Notes: generated by a model from the sequence alone, not told the origin. A stretch of DNA of 64,000 bases from Corallochytrium limacisporum Hawaii (GCA_002811645.1 PDIP01000027.1:62001-126000), one strand, 5' to 3'; positions 50,117-61,400 are shown, counted from the stretch's first letter. A program made the numbers and translations.

Positions 50117-53100
50117 ATGCCATTTGTAGATCCCAGAAAGGCAGCCGGGAAGGGCCTGCATCTGGAAAAGTTAAAGAGTGGACTTTCTAACTGTAGCAAT
50201 ACGCAGGGCGTCAGGAAACCCTCTTTTGTCAGCGGCAAGTCTTTGTCTGCGAGTTCATTTTGCTCAGCCCGGGCTGACAAGGAAAATGTCTCATCAACAC
50301 AGCCAAAACGTACCAGGATAGGGATATTCACTAGCGACACCGACGATTCGGACCTGGACAGTATGTCAGTGTCCACAACGCAGTACGCGAAACCGAATGC
50401 GGAAACAAAGCGCAATGATGACATTATTGAAATTCTTGCGTCTCCAAAGAAACCCGGGCTGCCCATGAGTATACAACGAGGCCTCGACACCAATGATGTT
50501 ATCAGATTTGGAGACGACGATGATAGCGACGAAAACGACGACCCTGTGTTCACAGGGAAGCAGACTCAACAAGCCAAAGAAAACCTTGACGATAGTTCTG
50601 CTAGTATTCCTGCACAACCCAAAACCACGAAGAACAGTCTTTCAAGTGGCACGACGATTGTTCCTAGTGGAGGGAAGAGTATTTTCATGGATGACAGCGA
50701 TGACGAAAGTGACAAGAGCGACGTCTTAGATGTGCATGTCGATGGTGAGCCTACCCGTTTCCAACCTCATCTCACTGCCCCCGGTACAGTCGAGGCTCAT
50801 GACCAAAGTAGTAACAATGAACAAGCCAGCTATCCCAGTATGTCAACCGCTTTAGCGGAAGCGACTCTCAAGAACACACACTGCGAAGAGGCCAACTCGG
50901 CGAGCGACAAAAATGAGCTGGATATTGGTATCACTTTCACAGATGAAGACGAAGCCCAGACCTTACACGCCCGGCCCCTCGCAAGCACCTCACTACAATC
51001 AGGTGCAAACTTAACTGAACAGCCAAAACCAGCTTACCCATACGATTGTCAGGAGGGAGATTATGACGACCTATGGGATCTTGATGACACTAGGATCGAA
51101 TCGGCAAAGCCGGCGACGTTTGCGAAGGTAACATCCCATAACACTGTTTCTGCTCCAATTTTGGATCACAAGGCAATGAAAGACGAGCTTGTGAAGAGAT
51201 ACACAGAACTGAATGGTCTCATTCTGCAGACGCAGATGCTAGTCCGTAGGCCAGAAATCACATCATCCGAGATTCAGGACTGTATTACTCGGCGTGGACA
51301 GCTCCTCAGTGACATTGGTGTACAAGAAGAGCTTCTGTTTGACCAAACAATGCCTTCCGGGACAGAGGCAAACACACTGCAGAAAACCCCATCAGCCTTT
51401 ACAGATGGCTTTGACACTCTACTGAACCATCCTACCGGGGCAAATTACTCACCTCCTGTCCAAATCATCGGAGAGAGTCCACCATCACATCAGGTCCCCA
51501 GTGGAGGTCAAAATGGCCCAAGTTCCATTGTCACTGGACAGGACCGTAACGCCGACTGTCCTTCGGAAATGGTACAAACACTGCGACGTGTTTTCAAGAT
51601 GCAAGATTTTCGAGCGTGCCAGAGGGATGCCATCAGTGCGGCTCTCAGTGGGCGGGACGTATTCGTGCTGATGCCTACTGGCGGTGGTAAATCTTTGTGC
51701 TATCAGTTGCCCGCGGTGATGTCTATCGGATGCACCATTGTTGTGAGTCCGCTGCTAGCTTTAATTGATGATCAGGTGAATGCACTCAGGGCACGTGGTA
51801 TAGAGGCCGACTACATTAATTCCACCACCGAATACGAGCAGAAGATGAAGATCTACCGCAGTCTTCGTAGGTCAAGTTGTTCTCCACAGGATGGGTTGAA
51901 ATTGTTGTATGTGACGCCAGAGGGTCTTGCTGCAGGTAATCAACTCAAATCCGTTCTCAGTGAAGCCGCTCAAAAGGGCAATATCGCTCGTGTGGCCATT
52001 GACGAGGCACACTGTGTCTCTCAGTGGGGTCACGATTTCCGCAGTGACTACCTGAAGCTCGGTGAAGTTCGCAATTTCCTAGGTGCCCAGATTCCCATCA
52101 TGGCTCTGACGGCGACAGCGTCCAAAAATGTGCACCAGGACATCATTCATCAGCTTCAGCTGCGCAACGTGGCCCAGTTTACGTCCAGTTTCAACCGGCC
52201 CAACCTTGCCTATGCGGTTGTAGAGAAGACCAATAAGGTAGAGCTAATGATTGCTGACACGATCCAAGAACGCTTCTCTGGCAAGTGCGGTATCGTCTAC
52301 TGCCTCTCTCGTAAGGAGTGTGAAAGTCTTTCAAGTTTTCTGGGTTCGTCTGGTATCAGTGCTTCAGCGTATCATGCAGGTATGACACCGACACAGCGGA
52401 CAAAGATCCAGCAGCTTTGGGGCACTGGCCAAAAGAAGGTGATTTGTGCCACAATTGCGTTTGGGATGGGCATCGACAAGGCGGACGTAAGATTCGTGCT
52501 GCATGCATGTCTGCCGTCTTCAATCGAAGGATATTATCAGGAGACCGGTCGTGCGGGACGTGATGGCTACCCTTCTGATTGCATTCTGTTTTTTGCCGTC
52601 GGCGACATCAATCGCAGAAAGCGTTTGAATGAAATGGAGCTAAAGCGGCCAGGAAAACGAGTGACGCAGCAGGTGAGGGATCAGTTGCGAATGAAGAATG
52701 CCGCATTAAAGGAAATGGCGGCCTTCTGCGAAAACAAGAGCGATTGCCGACGCCTATTGCAACTGCGGTACCTGGGTGAAGAATTTAACCCTGCTCTGTG
52801 CGGTGGCACCTGCGATAATTGTGCCTCAAAACAGAGCCGCAATCGTGAGATTGTCGAGGAGCGCATGGACGACCAAGGATGGGTGGCGGTATCCCAGGTG
52901 ATCGCAACATGTGCCAACCGGGAGTGGAACAAGACCGAGATGGTCCAAGCCCTGCGTCTGGGTATTGGCATGGGGCCAGATTTCCGTGCCATGCGCCATA
53001 TCACTGATGCTGGTATTCACCGCTTCCTGGAGCACCTAGTATCTCATGGCGTTGTAGCCAAGAAGAACGACTTGAACAATCGTGGAGATCGTGTACTGGA

Positions 53101-53851
53101 GACTGTAGTACCTGGTCCTCGGCAGAGCAAAGTGCAAAGCAATGACCCCGCCCTGAAGAACTTTCGCTTTATCGCCGAAGAGCAGGTAAGTTTCCAGCGG
53201 CAACGTGCCCAAGAGGCAAAAGACAAACGTAACAAGAAAAGTGGTGTCCACCGTCTTGGCGGCATCGACATCAATGATGACACTGGCAAGTTTGTAAGTC
53301 GCAACGCTGACTTTACTGTCCACCAGAACCGCTTGCGGCAGTTCCTCAAAGAAGATATTAATCAGGTACAGAGCCTGAGGAGCAAGTTCGAGGATCCCAC
53401 AAGCGTCGAGGATGCCATTTGTGATCTTTGTGTTGAGCTTCCGAACAAAAAGCAAGGTGTGTTAGACATCTTAAAGCGCCACGGTCTGGAGAGCCTTAAT
53501 ACCAATGTGAATATGACATGGATGCAGCATCTGTCCAGTCTCCGCAGCACATGTCTGCAGATTTACCATGACAAGAAGGAGGGCAAGGGAAAGAAGGGTG
53601 CAGCCAAAGCAGGCCGTAAAGGCGCCAAGCGTGCCTGGAGCGGAGCGAAAGGTCGAACACCAAAGCGAACCAAGACCACGCGCAAGAGCAAAGGCGAAGC
53701 AACATTCACAGAGTCTAACATGGGCCCACCGAGGGACACTCGTCCGCTTGGAAACACCGCCAGCACAACGTCCACGACGACCTCTAAGTCCACCCGACGC
53801 AATGTCACCGGCGGTGTTGTTAAGCAAGCAAGTCGTCGGTATAACTTCTGA
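50117..53851 (+). CDS. BLM: RecQ helicase, Bloom/Sgs1-like
   Basis: Long acidic disordered N-terminus; MPTGGGKSLCYQLPA, DEAHCVSQWGHDFR.DY, ALTATA, SFNRPNL, ATIAFGMGIDK.DVRFV, YYQETGRAGRDG; RQC CRR...CDNC; basic NLS-like tail. Confidence 0.88.
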   Translation: MPFVDPRKAAGKGLHLEKLKSGLSNCSNTQGVRKPSFVSGKSLSASSFCSARADKENVSSTQPKRTRIGIFTSDTDDSDLDSMSVSTTQYAKPNAETKRNDDIIEILASPKKPGLPMSIQRGLDTNDVIRFGDDDDSDENDDPVFTGKQTQQAKENLDDSSASIPAQPKTTKNSLSSGTTIVPSGGKSIFMDDSDDESDKSDVLDVHVDGEPTRFQPHLTAPGTVEAHDQSSNNEQASYPSMSTALAEATLKNTHCEEANSASDKNELDIGITFTDEDEAQTLHARPLASTSLQSGANLTEQPKPAYPYDCQEGDYDDLWDLDDTRIESAKPATFAKVTSHNTVSAPILDHKAMKDELVKRYTELNGLILQTQMLVRRPEITSSEIQDCITRRGQLLSDIGVQEELLFDQTMPSGTEANTLQKTPSAFTDGFDTLLNHPTGANYSPPVQIIGESPPSHQVPSGGQNGPSSIVTGQDRNADCPSEMVQTLRRVFKMQDFRACQRDAISAALSGRDVFVLMPTGGGKSLCYQLPAVMSIGCTIVVSPLLALIDDQVNALRARGIEADYINSTTEYEQKMKIYRSLRRSSCSPQDGLKLLYVTPEGLAAGNQLKSVLSEAAQKGNIARVAIDEAHCVSQWGHDFRSDYLKLGEVRNFLGAQIPIMALTATASKNVHQDIIHQLQLRNVAQFTSSFNRPNLAYAVVEKTNKVELMIADTIQERFSGKCGIVYCLSRKECESLSSFLGSSGISASAYHAGMTPTQRTKIQQLWGTGQKKVICATIAFGMGIDKADVRFVLHACLPSSIEGYYQETGRAGRDGYPSDCILFFAVGDINRRKRLNEMELKRPGKRVTQQVRDQLRMKNAALKEMAAFCENKSDCRRLLQLRYLGEEFNPALCGGTCDNCASKQSRNREIVEERMDDQGWVAVSQVIATCANREWNKTEMVQALRLGIGMGPDFRAMRHITDAGIHRFLEHLVSHGVVAKKNDLNNRGDRVLETVVPGPRQSKVQSNDPALKNFRFIAEEQVSFQRQRAQEAKDKRNKKSGVHRLGGIDINDDTGKFVSRNADFTVHQNRLRQFLKEDINQVQSLRSKFEDPTSVEDAICDLCVELPNKKQGVLDILKRHGLESLNTNVNMTWMQHLSSLRSTCLQIYHDKKEGKGKKGAAKAGRKGAKRAWSGAKGRTPKRTKTTRKSKGEATFTESNMGPPRDTRPLGNTASTTSTTTSKSTRRNVTGGVVKQASRRYNF

Positions 53852-53934
53852 AAATCCCTGCATTTACACAGAGTTATCTACTAAACTTATACTATACAAA
53901 ATCATGACAAAGAACAGCAAACATCTGGTGTACC

Positions 53935-55740
53935 CTAATCCAGCTGCGGGTGATGTGCCGCCGGAGGACACGGTACGCCCTCCTTCATGCACATCTCCGT
54001 GCCCCGATGCAGATCTTCGTTGTACCGTTCGCTGTGTGGCTTCAGGAACCAGTCCCGTCCACCCATATTTATGTGCAAGCATTGCATACCACGCTCTTGC
54101 AGGGAATCACCCGCCTGTTTGAGCCGCACCACGCACAAGGCAAGCAGACGAAAGTCCATCCGGTCTGTGTCACCCAGACGGTCGTCGACGCGGTCCATGA
54201 GGTTCGTAAGCGCGCCCATTAATACACGTAGGTCGTTCATGTAGAAGCGATCGTAGTGGGAATCATCTACAAGGACGTGGTGGATGAAGATCTGTTCAGG
54301 TAGCGGTTTGGTATCAATGGGATACATCCACCCTGGGACTGTCCTGCGCACAAAGAGCCGCATGAGGCGTTCCATGAAGCACCGATCGAAGACATCATTC
54401 CAACGCTGGTGAAATACGTCCGACAGATCCGCCAATTCGATCTGCAGGATGAGCAGTAAGTACAAAGCACTGTGCAATCCGTTCTCCTCTGCACCATAGT
54501 CCCCGGTCTTCGCATCCAGCTCACCAAAGATCCATCTCACACTCTCTACCAAGTCGCCATCGATGCAGCTGCGCACGAAATCTCCCGAAATGTCGGATCT
54601 AGTATCGTTGTCAAAGTATGGTGTCGAAATGGTGGAGCCGCGGAATTGACTACACAAGAGCCACAGATATATCTGTGTCATGACGATCCAGGCTACTTCC
54701 GGATCTACATAGCTTACGTCGTCGTCGCCGAGGTCTCCACGCAGAATTCTGACTCCTTCCTTGATTTGGTATACCATGAAGGGTAGAATGTTACACTGTT
54801 GCTTCCACAACGACGTCCGATTGCCTTCCCGCCCCGATTGAGCGACTTCAAGTTCGAGCAGGCGACGGATCCACAGGCCGATGGTAAATCGCGCATCCCA
54901 GCTGTATTCTTTGGTCCAGGGCATGGCAAGCAAATGACACATAACGTCCAACGCCCGTGCGATGTCTCCAGTCTGCTTCAGAGAGGCAAAGATTGGCCCG
55001 TCCACATTATCCTCGATGTACTCTGCTGGCATCTGCCTGAGTCGGTCCTCGAATTTGGGCATCTCCGCCAATTGGTCCGTGGTGTCCTGCATGTCCTTGA
55101 GCAGTTGACCTACGTCGCTGAGGAAGTGACGGCACTGTGCGGGGCCACTCTCCCTATCAAAATCGATGAGATTCGCGTGCAAGGCGGGCGATTCGAACGC
55201 TTGCCGAAGATTTACGGCTGTTTCATTGCCGTTCGCCTGCAGCGCGAGGTATCGGAACAGTGCCTTGGCAGTCTCTTCACACTGATGCGAATCCTTCACG
55301 CCCGTGTATTTGCGGATCAATGTGACTAGATCACCAGAGGGAGTGATTGGCCGAATAGCTTCGTTTGCTATACTTTTGGCACCGGGGTCCTTGCCACCCG
55401 AGGATCCCAGTGATCGGATACTTGCTGTACGGGTTCGACGAGTTGAACTCTTCGTCGGTGTACTGTTTGCAAGTTCGCTGGGGTCTTGATCCATTGGAAC
55501 AGGAGTAGCTGGCACCACAGTGGTCTCAAAGTGCGCCTCTCTGTTGGTGATAGGGGAACTCTCCACCTTTGCGACACAATTCGCAGGGACCAGACCCATC
55601 ATTCCGTCACTCATGCGACTCGCCCGCCACCAGGTTTCGTCTGTTTTATCAAGAATCATCAAGACGTCCCCTTTATGCACGTTGAGGATATCGCCTCTAC
55701 CTGCAACACTATGTGCCTGTGTGACCGTGACTTTCTCCAT
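53935..55740 (-). CDS. NCKIPSD: SPIN90/NCKIPSD/Dip1/Ldb17-family Arp2/3 activator (SH3 + armadillo-like C-terminal domain)
   Basis: N-terminal SH3 (KGDVL.IL......WW......GLVPAN), helical C-terminal region with FYMNDL.VL motif. Confidence 0.72.
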   Translation of the reverse strand: MEKVTVTQAHSVAGRGDILNVHKGDVLMILDKTDETWWRASRMSDGMMGLVPANCVAKVESSPITNREAHFETTVVPATPVPMDQDPSELANSTPTKSSTRRTRTASIRSLGSSGGKDPGAKSIANEAIRPITPSGDLVTLIRKYTGVKDSHQCEETAKALFRYLALQANGNETAVNLRQAFESPALHANLIDFDRESGPAQCRHFLSDVGQLLKDMQDTTDQLAEMPKFEDRLRQMPAEYIEDNVDGPIFASLKQTGDIARALDVMCHLLAMPWTKEYSWDARFTIGLWIRRLLELEVAQSGREGNRTSLWKQQCNILPFMVYQIKEGVRILRGDLGDDDVSYVDPEVAWIVMTQIYLWLLCSQFRGSTISTPYFDNDTRSDISGDFVRSCIDGDLVESVRWIFGELDAKTGDYGAEENGLHSALYLLLILQIELADLSDVFHQRWNDVFDRCFMERLMRLFVRRTVPGWMYPIDTKPLPEQIFIHHVLVDDSHYDRFYMNDLRVLMGALTNLMDRVDDRLGDTDRMDFRLLALCVVRLKQAGDSLQERGMQCLHINMGGRDWFLKPHSERYNEDLHRGTEMCMKEGVPCPPAAHHPQLD

Positions 55741-56055
55741 TTTGTGCTATTCCTTGGACAAACTCTGTCTACGTCACGTTCCGCATCTTGCGCCCCCGCA
55801 CTTTGTCTCATTAGTTGCAGTGTTACGAACCAGTCCGTTTATTTCTGGTAGAGATGAGCAACCAGTTTATCTGAATTTCATGTCTCTGTTGGACATAAAG
55901 TACCCGCACAGCCTCTCTATTTGGTGGCCGTGCGAGTTCCAAACCTTCCGCTTGGGCGGGGCCTCCCCGCAGGTTTTATTGTCCAGCTCGTGGATGGGAG
56001 TAATGGTGCCGAGGGGCCACAATATGCTTGCCGCGGCCGAGAAATTCTCTGGTTG

Positions 56056-56069
56056 CGCGTCCGGACGCG
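56056..56069. promoter_or_regulatory. 14-bp perfect palindrome CGCGTCCGGACGCG in the NCKIPSD/MPLKIP divergent promoter
   Basis: Directly visible; overlaps an ACGCGT (MluI/MCB-type) hexamer at 56065-56070. Confidence 0.4.
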
Positions 56070-56266
56070 TTTCGGACGTAGAACGACGAAGCAAAGGAAG
56101 CCGTAAGAGCAGTGACACTTTTGTAATATCTTTGTATAAGGTAGTCCTCTTCCGTAAGATGTCCCGCAGAATGGAAAGGTATTCAATCTCAAGTGTTGAC
56201 CGTCCTGTGGGACCTTCTCTCTGTTCTAAACACGGACGACTCTGGAAGGAAACTGTCCAACGAGCA

Positions 56267-56767
56267 ATGGACCAAAGGGGGAGCTGTGGGGCTGACGGCC
56301 GCGGAAGAGCACAAGGGTTTCGAGGTCGAGGACGGCATCATGGACAAAATAGAGGCGGTGGATACAACCACCGCCACCGTCGCCATCCCGGTGGATATCA
56401 ACGTGGCGGGTACCACGGGCAGCACAGTAAACGCCGCAGAATCGGCCATGGGTATCACCACAAGCGACCGCAAACAGACAGATCCAAGCCACTATGGTGG
56501 TTCCGACCGAGCATGATTGAAAACCCATGGGCGCTTCTGGAAGCCAAAGTGGGCATGCATGGCACCGCAGTGGCCGACACTGACGCAGGAAAGAAGTTGA
56601 TTGCAACCGCTGTTACTGCACAGCTAGCTCCAAAGCCCACCCCCGAGCCACTGGACAGCAACACCACTACCGGAGGTGAAGAGGAGGAGCTGGACTCCAT
56701 TATGGGCACCGCCGGAGGTACAACGCTAGATACGGCAGAAAATAAAAACATAGAGAAGAAAATTTAG
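56267..56767 (+). CDS. MPLKIP: MPLKIP/TTDN1/SICKLE-like protein
   Basis: RG/GY/H-rich low-complexity region followed by WFRPSMIENPWALLE, matching the [YF]xxSM[LI]E[DN]PW motif. Start is uncertain (56159 or 56171 also possible). Confidence 0.7.
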   Translation: MDQRGSCGADGRGRAQGFRGRGRHHGQNRGGGYNHRHRRHPGGYQRGGYHGQHSKRRRIGHGYHHKRPQTDRSKPLWWFRPSMIENPWALLEAKVGMHGTAVADTDAGKKLIATAVTAQLAPKPTPEPLDSNTTTGGEEEELDSIMGTAGGTTLDTAENKNIEKKI

Positions 56768-56909
56768 TGGAATTGAACAGGGTACTATGGACATGTTTCT
56801 TTGATTGAGAGTGTTATGTTAGTCTCACTCTTACAGTCAGATGTAATACGTTTCCTTCCGCCTATGAGAAGAGTTGAATGCTACAGGTTGTTCGTTTGTG
56901 AAGCAGTGT

Positions 56910-58487
56910 CTAGAGGCCCTTGCTATCGCTTCCTCCGTACAAGTTGCTGAACAAGATACCGGAGCCCTCAACGACGGTCTTGATCTTGGCGATCGCATTG
57001 TACATACCGGCACTGCGAAGATCGCAGCGTTTTGCCCTCGCAGTCTGCATGATTTCCTGCGCGGCAACGTGCATGGTGTCGTCCAGACCAGAGTAGACGA
57101 GGTCAGCCTCAGTGGGACCGTTGATGACAATCTCACGCTCCTTACCCTTCAACTCACGACCCAATTGTCCCTCAACGAATTCAACCAGCTTTCGCTTGCT
57201 CTGCTCTTCCCACTTGCGATTCAAACGTCCAAAGCGGACATGGCTAAGGTTCTTGAGCCACTCGAAGTAAGACACGGTCACACCGCCAGCATTGAGGTAG
57301 AAATCGGGGACGATGGGAATGCCACGGCCCTCCAGAATATCATGAGCAGCAGGGGTGCACGGTCCGTTGGCAGCCTCACCAATGATCTTGCACTTGAGCT
57401 GGGGTGCATTGGCCTTGTGGATCTGACGTTCCAGAGCAGCGGGGATAAGAATGTCGCATTCGACCTCCAGTCCGGACACTGGGTCGGGAATCCAGTCTCC
57501 GCCAGTGAAACCTTCGATCGTTCCGTTTTGCTTCTTGTAGTCGGACAAAGCTTCGACATCAATTCCGTTCGGGTTGTGCACTGCACCGGTGACTTCGGAG
57601 ACGCAGACAATCTTGGCGCCGTCCTGCGACATGAATTTGGCTGCGTAGTAGCCCACATTACCGAAACCTTGGATGACAACGGTCTTGTCCTTCATACCAG
57701 CAGACAGGCCAGTCTTCTGCTGAATCTCGGGGAAGTCCAAGAAGTACTTCATGCCGTAGTAGACACCGAGACCGGTGGCCTCAGTGCGGCCGCGTACACC
57801 ACCCATCTGGATTGGCTTGCCGGTCACGCAGCCAAGGGAATCAACCTCACCAGGACGCAGCTGCATATATGTGTCCACTATCCAGGCCATCTCGCGGGCG
57901 CCCGTGTTGACATCAGGAGCAGGTACATCGATGCCCGGACCAATGAAGTTCTTCTGGGTCAGCTCCATAGTGAAACGACGGGTAATGTTCTCCAGCTGAT
58001 GTTCGTTGAACTCCTTAGGATTGACAGTGATGCCTCCCTTGGCACCTCCGAAGGGCACATCGACGACCGCACACTTGTAGGTCATGAGAGCAGCCAAGGC
58101 CTCCACCTCTTGCAGATCGACCTCGGTGCTGTAGCGGATACCACCCTTTACGGGCAGACGGTGGCGACTGTGCTGGGCACGGTAACCAGTGATTACCTTC
58201 CATGTGTTCTCGTCAGTCTTGACCGGGAAAGAGCAACGTAGGACCACATCACATGCTTTCATGTGCTCCATGAAACCTGGAGGAATTTCTTCATGCAAAG
58301 CAGCAGCCCGGTCGAAGAAGAGCTGTGCGCAGGTGAGGAAATTGGGCTCCTCCTGACGGACAGCATTGTACTCTTCCACCTTAGATGACATGAAAGCCTT
58401 CTGCGTCAGTCGCACGGGCGCTGCCAAAGTGACAGCATTCCGGACCGCAGCCCCGTTGGCGCGGGCCACAATCTGTGACAAACTCAT
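56910..58487 (-). CDS. GLUD1: Mitochondrial NAD(P) glutamate dehydrogenase (GLUD-type, short antenna)
   Basis: GYRAQHS.HR.P.KGGIRYS, MTYKCAVVDVPFGGAKGG, DVPAPD, TGKP...GG..GR..ATG.G, QGFGNVG, EAANGP, NAGGVTVSYFEWLKNL.HV.FGRL; ATG at 58487 with presequence. Confidence 0.95.
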   Translation of the reverse strand: MSLSQIVARANGAAVRNAVTLAAPVRLTQKAFMSSKVEEYNAVRQEEPNFLTCAQLFFDRAAALHEEIPPGFMEHMKACDVVLRCSFPVKTDENTWKVITGYRAQHSRHRLPVKGGIRYSTEVDLQEVEALAALMTYKCAVVDVPFGGAKGGITVNPKEFNEHQLENITRRFTMELTQKNFIGPGIDVPAPDVNTGAREMAWIVDTYMQLRPGEVDSLGCVTGKPIQMGGVRGRTEATGLGVYYGMKYFLDFPEIQQKTGLSAGMKDKTVVIQGFGNVGYYAAKFMSQDGAKIVCVSEVTGAVHNPNGIDVEALSDYKKQNGTIEGFTGGDWIPDPVSGLEVECDILIPAALERQIHKANAPQLKCKIIGEAANGPCTPAAHDILEGRGIPIVPDFYLNAGGVTVSYFEWLKNLSHVRFGRLNRKWEEQSKRKLVEFVEGQLGRELKGKEREIVINGPTEADLVYSGLDDTMHVAAQEIMQTARAKRCDLRSAGMYNAIAKIKTVVEGSGILFSNLYGGSDSKGL

Positions 58488-61400
58488 AATTAACCGCGAA
58501 ATGGACTCTATTGTCCCCAATTCTGCAGATTACTACTAAGGAGACAACAGTCCCAATAATGTGTGCCCGATCACCACTTATCAACTAGCTTCATCAGACT
58601 CTCTCCCTAAGAAAGTTTGCATTTGCAGAAAACAATGGGTGTTGTGGTTTTGCTCCTGTTGATACCAGGGGTTTATCATCCAACACTCAACCATACGACA
58701 CCTGCAAGGCAAGTAGGGCACCGTAAGCTCTTTCAGAAACTCCACAAGGGGCTCGGCTGCAAGAAGAAGTGCATACATACACGCAGGGCCGGCCCCCTCC
58801 CCGGCGCCGCCCTGTGGGCACTTGCCAACAAGGGTAAGTATTTGCAAGCGGGATTACGAAATTGCTTTTATTGTCAACATCTGCTCAGAGAAATGCGGGA
58901 GGGCTACTGTATTAGAAGTGAGACGGAAAGGGTAGAGCCTTAGTAGGGGGCCACAACTGACCCATCGTCAAGACGAGGCCACCCGTAGTTGTTGCGACCT
59001 CCATATTGAGATACACGCGACAAACCCCTGCCACACCGGCTGTTGTGCTTGCCGCTGAAACGGTTCCGTTGAGATCCTGCAGTGCGGATGGATCAGGAGA
59101 AGCTTACGGCCCACAAAAGCCTGTCGGTTTGGTGGTATATGGTTTTGGGCCTGCCGGGAGTGCGTATCCTCTGCCGCCCGTCACCCGTTACCCGCGCGAT
59201 GAGAGCTCCGGAGAAGCGAACATGAAGAAAATTGGTACCGAATCCAACCCATTGCCGGTCGGTTGGATGGGATTGTATTTCCGAGGCTTGTGACAAACGA
59301 GCCCATGAGCATGCTTTCAGCAAGGCAAGCAACCGCTGCGTAAGCGGGAAGTGTTCTTGCGACCTAGAGGACCCAATATTCGTACACACGAGAGGGTATG
59401 GATCGGCTACTGAAGTATGCGAGTGTTCGGTCCGTGGGAATTGGGCGTAAGATAGCACCTCCCTCGGAAAAAGTAACGAACATTCAGTACCATGTTATTG
59501 AATCCTGGCGGCCGCCGTGATGTCAACGCGGTGCCGCTGCCACGGCTGGACATCCTCCTCCTCCCCGTGTGCCTTACCCAAACATTTGTTTTGTTTATTT
59601 GCATTTGCGCAATGTGGGACTACGGAAGGCGGGTCTGGACAGCCCCTCCTGAGAAAAAAAATTAAACACCAAGAGTACGCACCTTCAACCACAACAAACA
59701 CCCGAGTGTTACAGCCGTGGTCTTCATAGTGAATGTACCTTACGCACTCCTGGAAACCGGGGGCCAATAATTTCTACCCCCTAGTACAGGAGACAGGCAA
59801 GGGAGAGACGGCAATTAAGTCGCCGAGCTCTGCCTAAATTAGACTCCCGATCAAAATGGTGGTACACTGAACCCCCGCCATATGCAATTAAATTGGATTC
59901 ACCTAGAGAGTGATTGGGGTTGGCCCCGAATTGTCGGAACAGGATTGGTGCCATGGGCAGCCTTCGACTGCGGGCGGAGGTTTTGTTTCACGGGGCCCGT
60001 GTATGCGCACCGAGGCCGCAATGGATACACGTGCGACGGCTCAACCAAAGTCTTATGTTCCAGAGAACTGACAGTAGCCATCAAGGTATCAAGCTGGTAA
60101 AAGAAAATGCCACAGGTACAGTGATGACCTCGAACAGGCACTCCGACACTTGCACAGATCTGGGCGGGAGGATGCCCGATTTGGATGCGTAAGCCGAGCG
60201 CAGGAATACTTGAAAGTGTGTATATATTCGAATCTCTGATATGGGTAACAATCATCTAGACTATCGCTGGCCTATTAAGATTCTGTAGCGCCTATATCCA
60301 AGGCAGATGGCTGCCAAGATGCCATGCCATAGAAGGTCCGACAAGCTGATCGATAGTAAACACTGATGTCCAGCATGGTGGATGTACGGCGATTGTGTTT
60401 ACAAAGGGCATAGATACATACCCGTAGGTACGCAAGGGCTCACTCCGAAGCAACGAATACAAGTTGGGAAGAACGTGCACGAGCGTCCAAACTACACCGG
60501 TACAAATTCTTTGGTTGTCCGTACTGTCCAGCACAAGCTCTCGCTGCCTAATAGCCTGTAACATAAAGCGAGACCGCCCTTTCATTCTTTTGTGGTCGGA
60601 GATTCGTTCAAGATCAGCGGTTGCTCTGAATATGATGTGATCGGTGAACAGGAGCAATTACCACAGCCACCACGGTCTCCAGCTACTACTCAGACGCAAC
60701 AAGGGAGCGGTTGAAAGAGGAAACGGGCAATGTAGGCAAAAGGGACTTGTGAAACGAGATGGCCTCGGGATCGCCTATCACAAGCCCCTGTTTGCGCTGG
60801 AGAAGACACGGATTTGTAATATTGACGACGACCTCAACTAGAGCATCACCATTTAATGTCTGCCATCATAGTTCCTACAAAGAACGTCCACAACAGAACA
60901 CTACTTCAGTCATTGCAAACCATCCACATGCCAATAATTTACGTTCTGTGCAACAGTCGCTGTCCCATATGAATTTGCTCTGGAAGCAGAATCTAAAACC
61001 TCCTCAACACGGAAGGGCAAGGAGTATACTGCAGTAGGGGAAGCCACTGTTTCACCAGTTGTCATCAACTTTGACCCTCAAGGCGGATAGGCAAGCTGCA
61101 CTACTCTCCGAAACCAACATTGAGTGTCAATACACATCAGCTCTTGTGGAAACTGGCCACCGCTTTGCATTCTACCACAAATTCCAAACGCATGGGGCAC
61201 CCCATTTCGATGTGCCAGGGTCATTCCCAATAGCAGTGACCGAAGATCGAAACACATTGTGATCGAAGCAACAGGCATCGGCAGCACCGCTTTAATGCTC
61301 TTCCTTCCTCGCTCGTGTTTGTCTACTGCACGATGCTTCCGACGGATCAGGTCGTTCGAAAAGCAGCAGAAATGACCGAAAAGTAAGCACTTCTACGCCT

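Noticed and set aside
3742-53851. Functional cluster of genome-maintenance genes (NSMCE2, HAUS8, GINS4, MNAT1, EXO5, BLM)
   Set aside because: They are interspersed with unrelated housekeeping genes, which is compatible with chance in a compact genome.
55520-56266. N-terminal 249 aa of the 415-aa ORF
   Set aside because: GTG start, overlaps the NCKIPSD start antisense and crosses the promoter; only the distal MPLKIP-like part looks coding.
56874-58241. 455-aa plus-strand ORF antisense to GDH
   Set aside because: Codon-register mirror of a strongly biased gene, starting at TTG, with no independent motifs.
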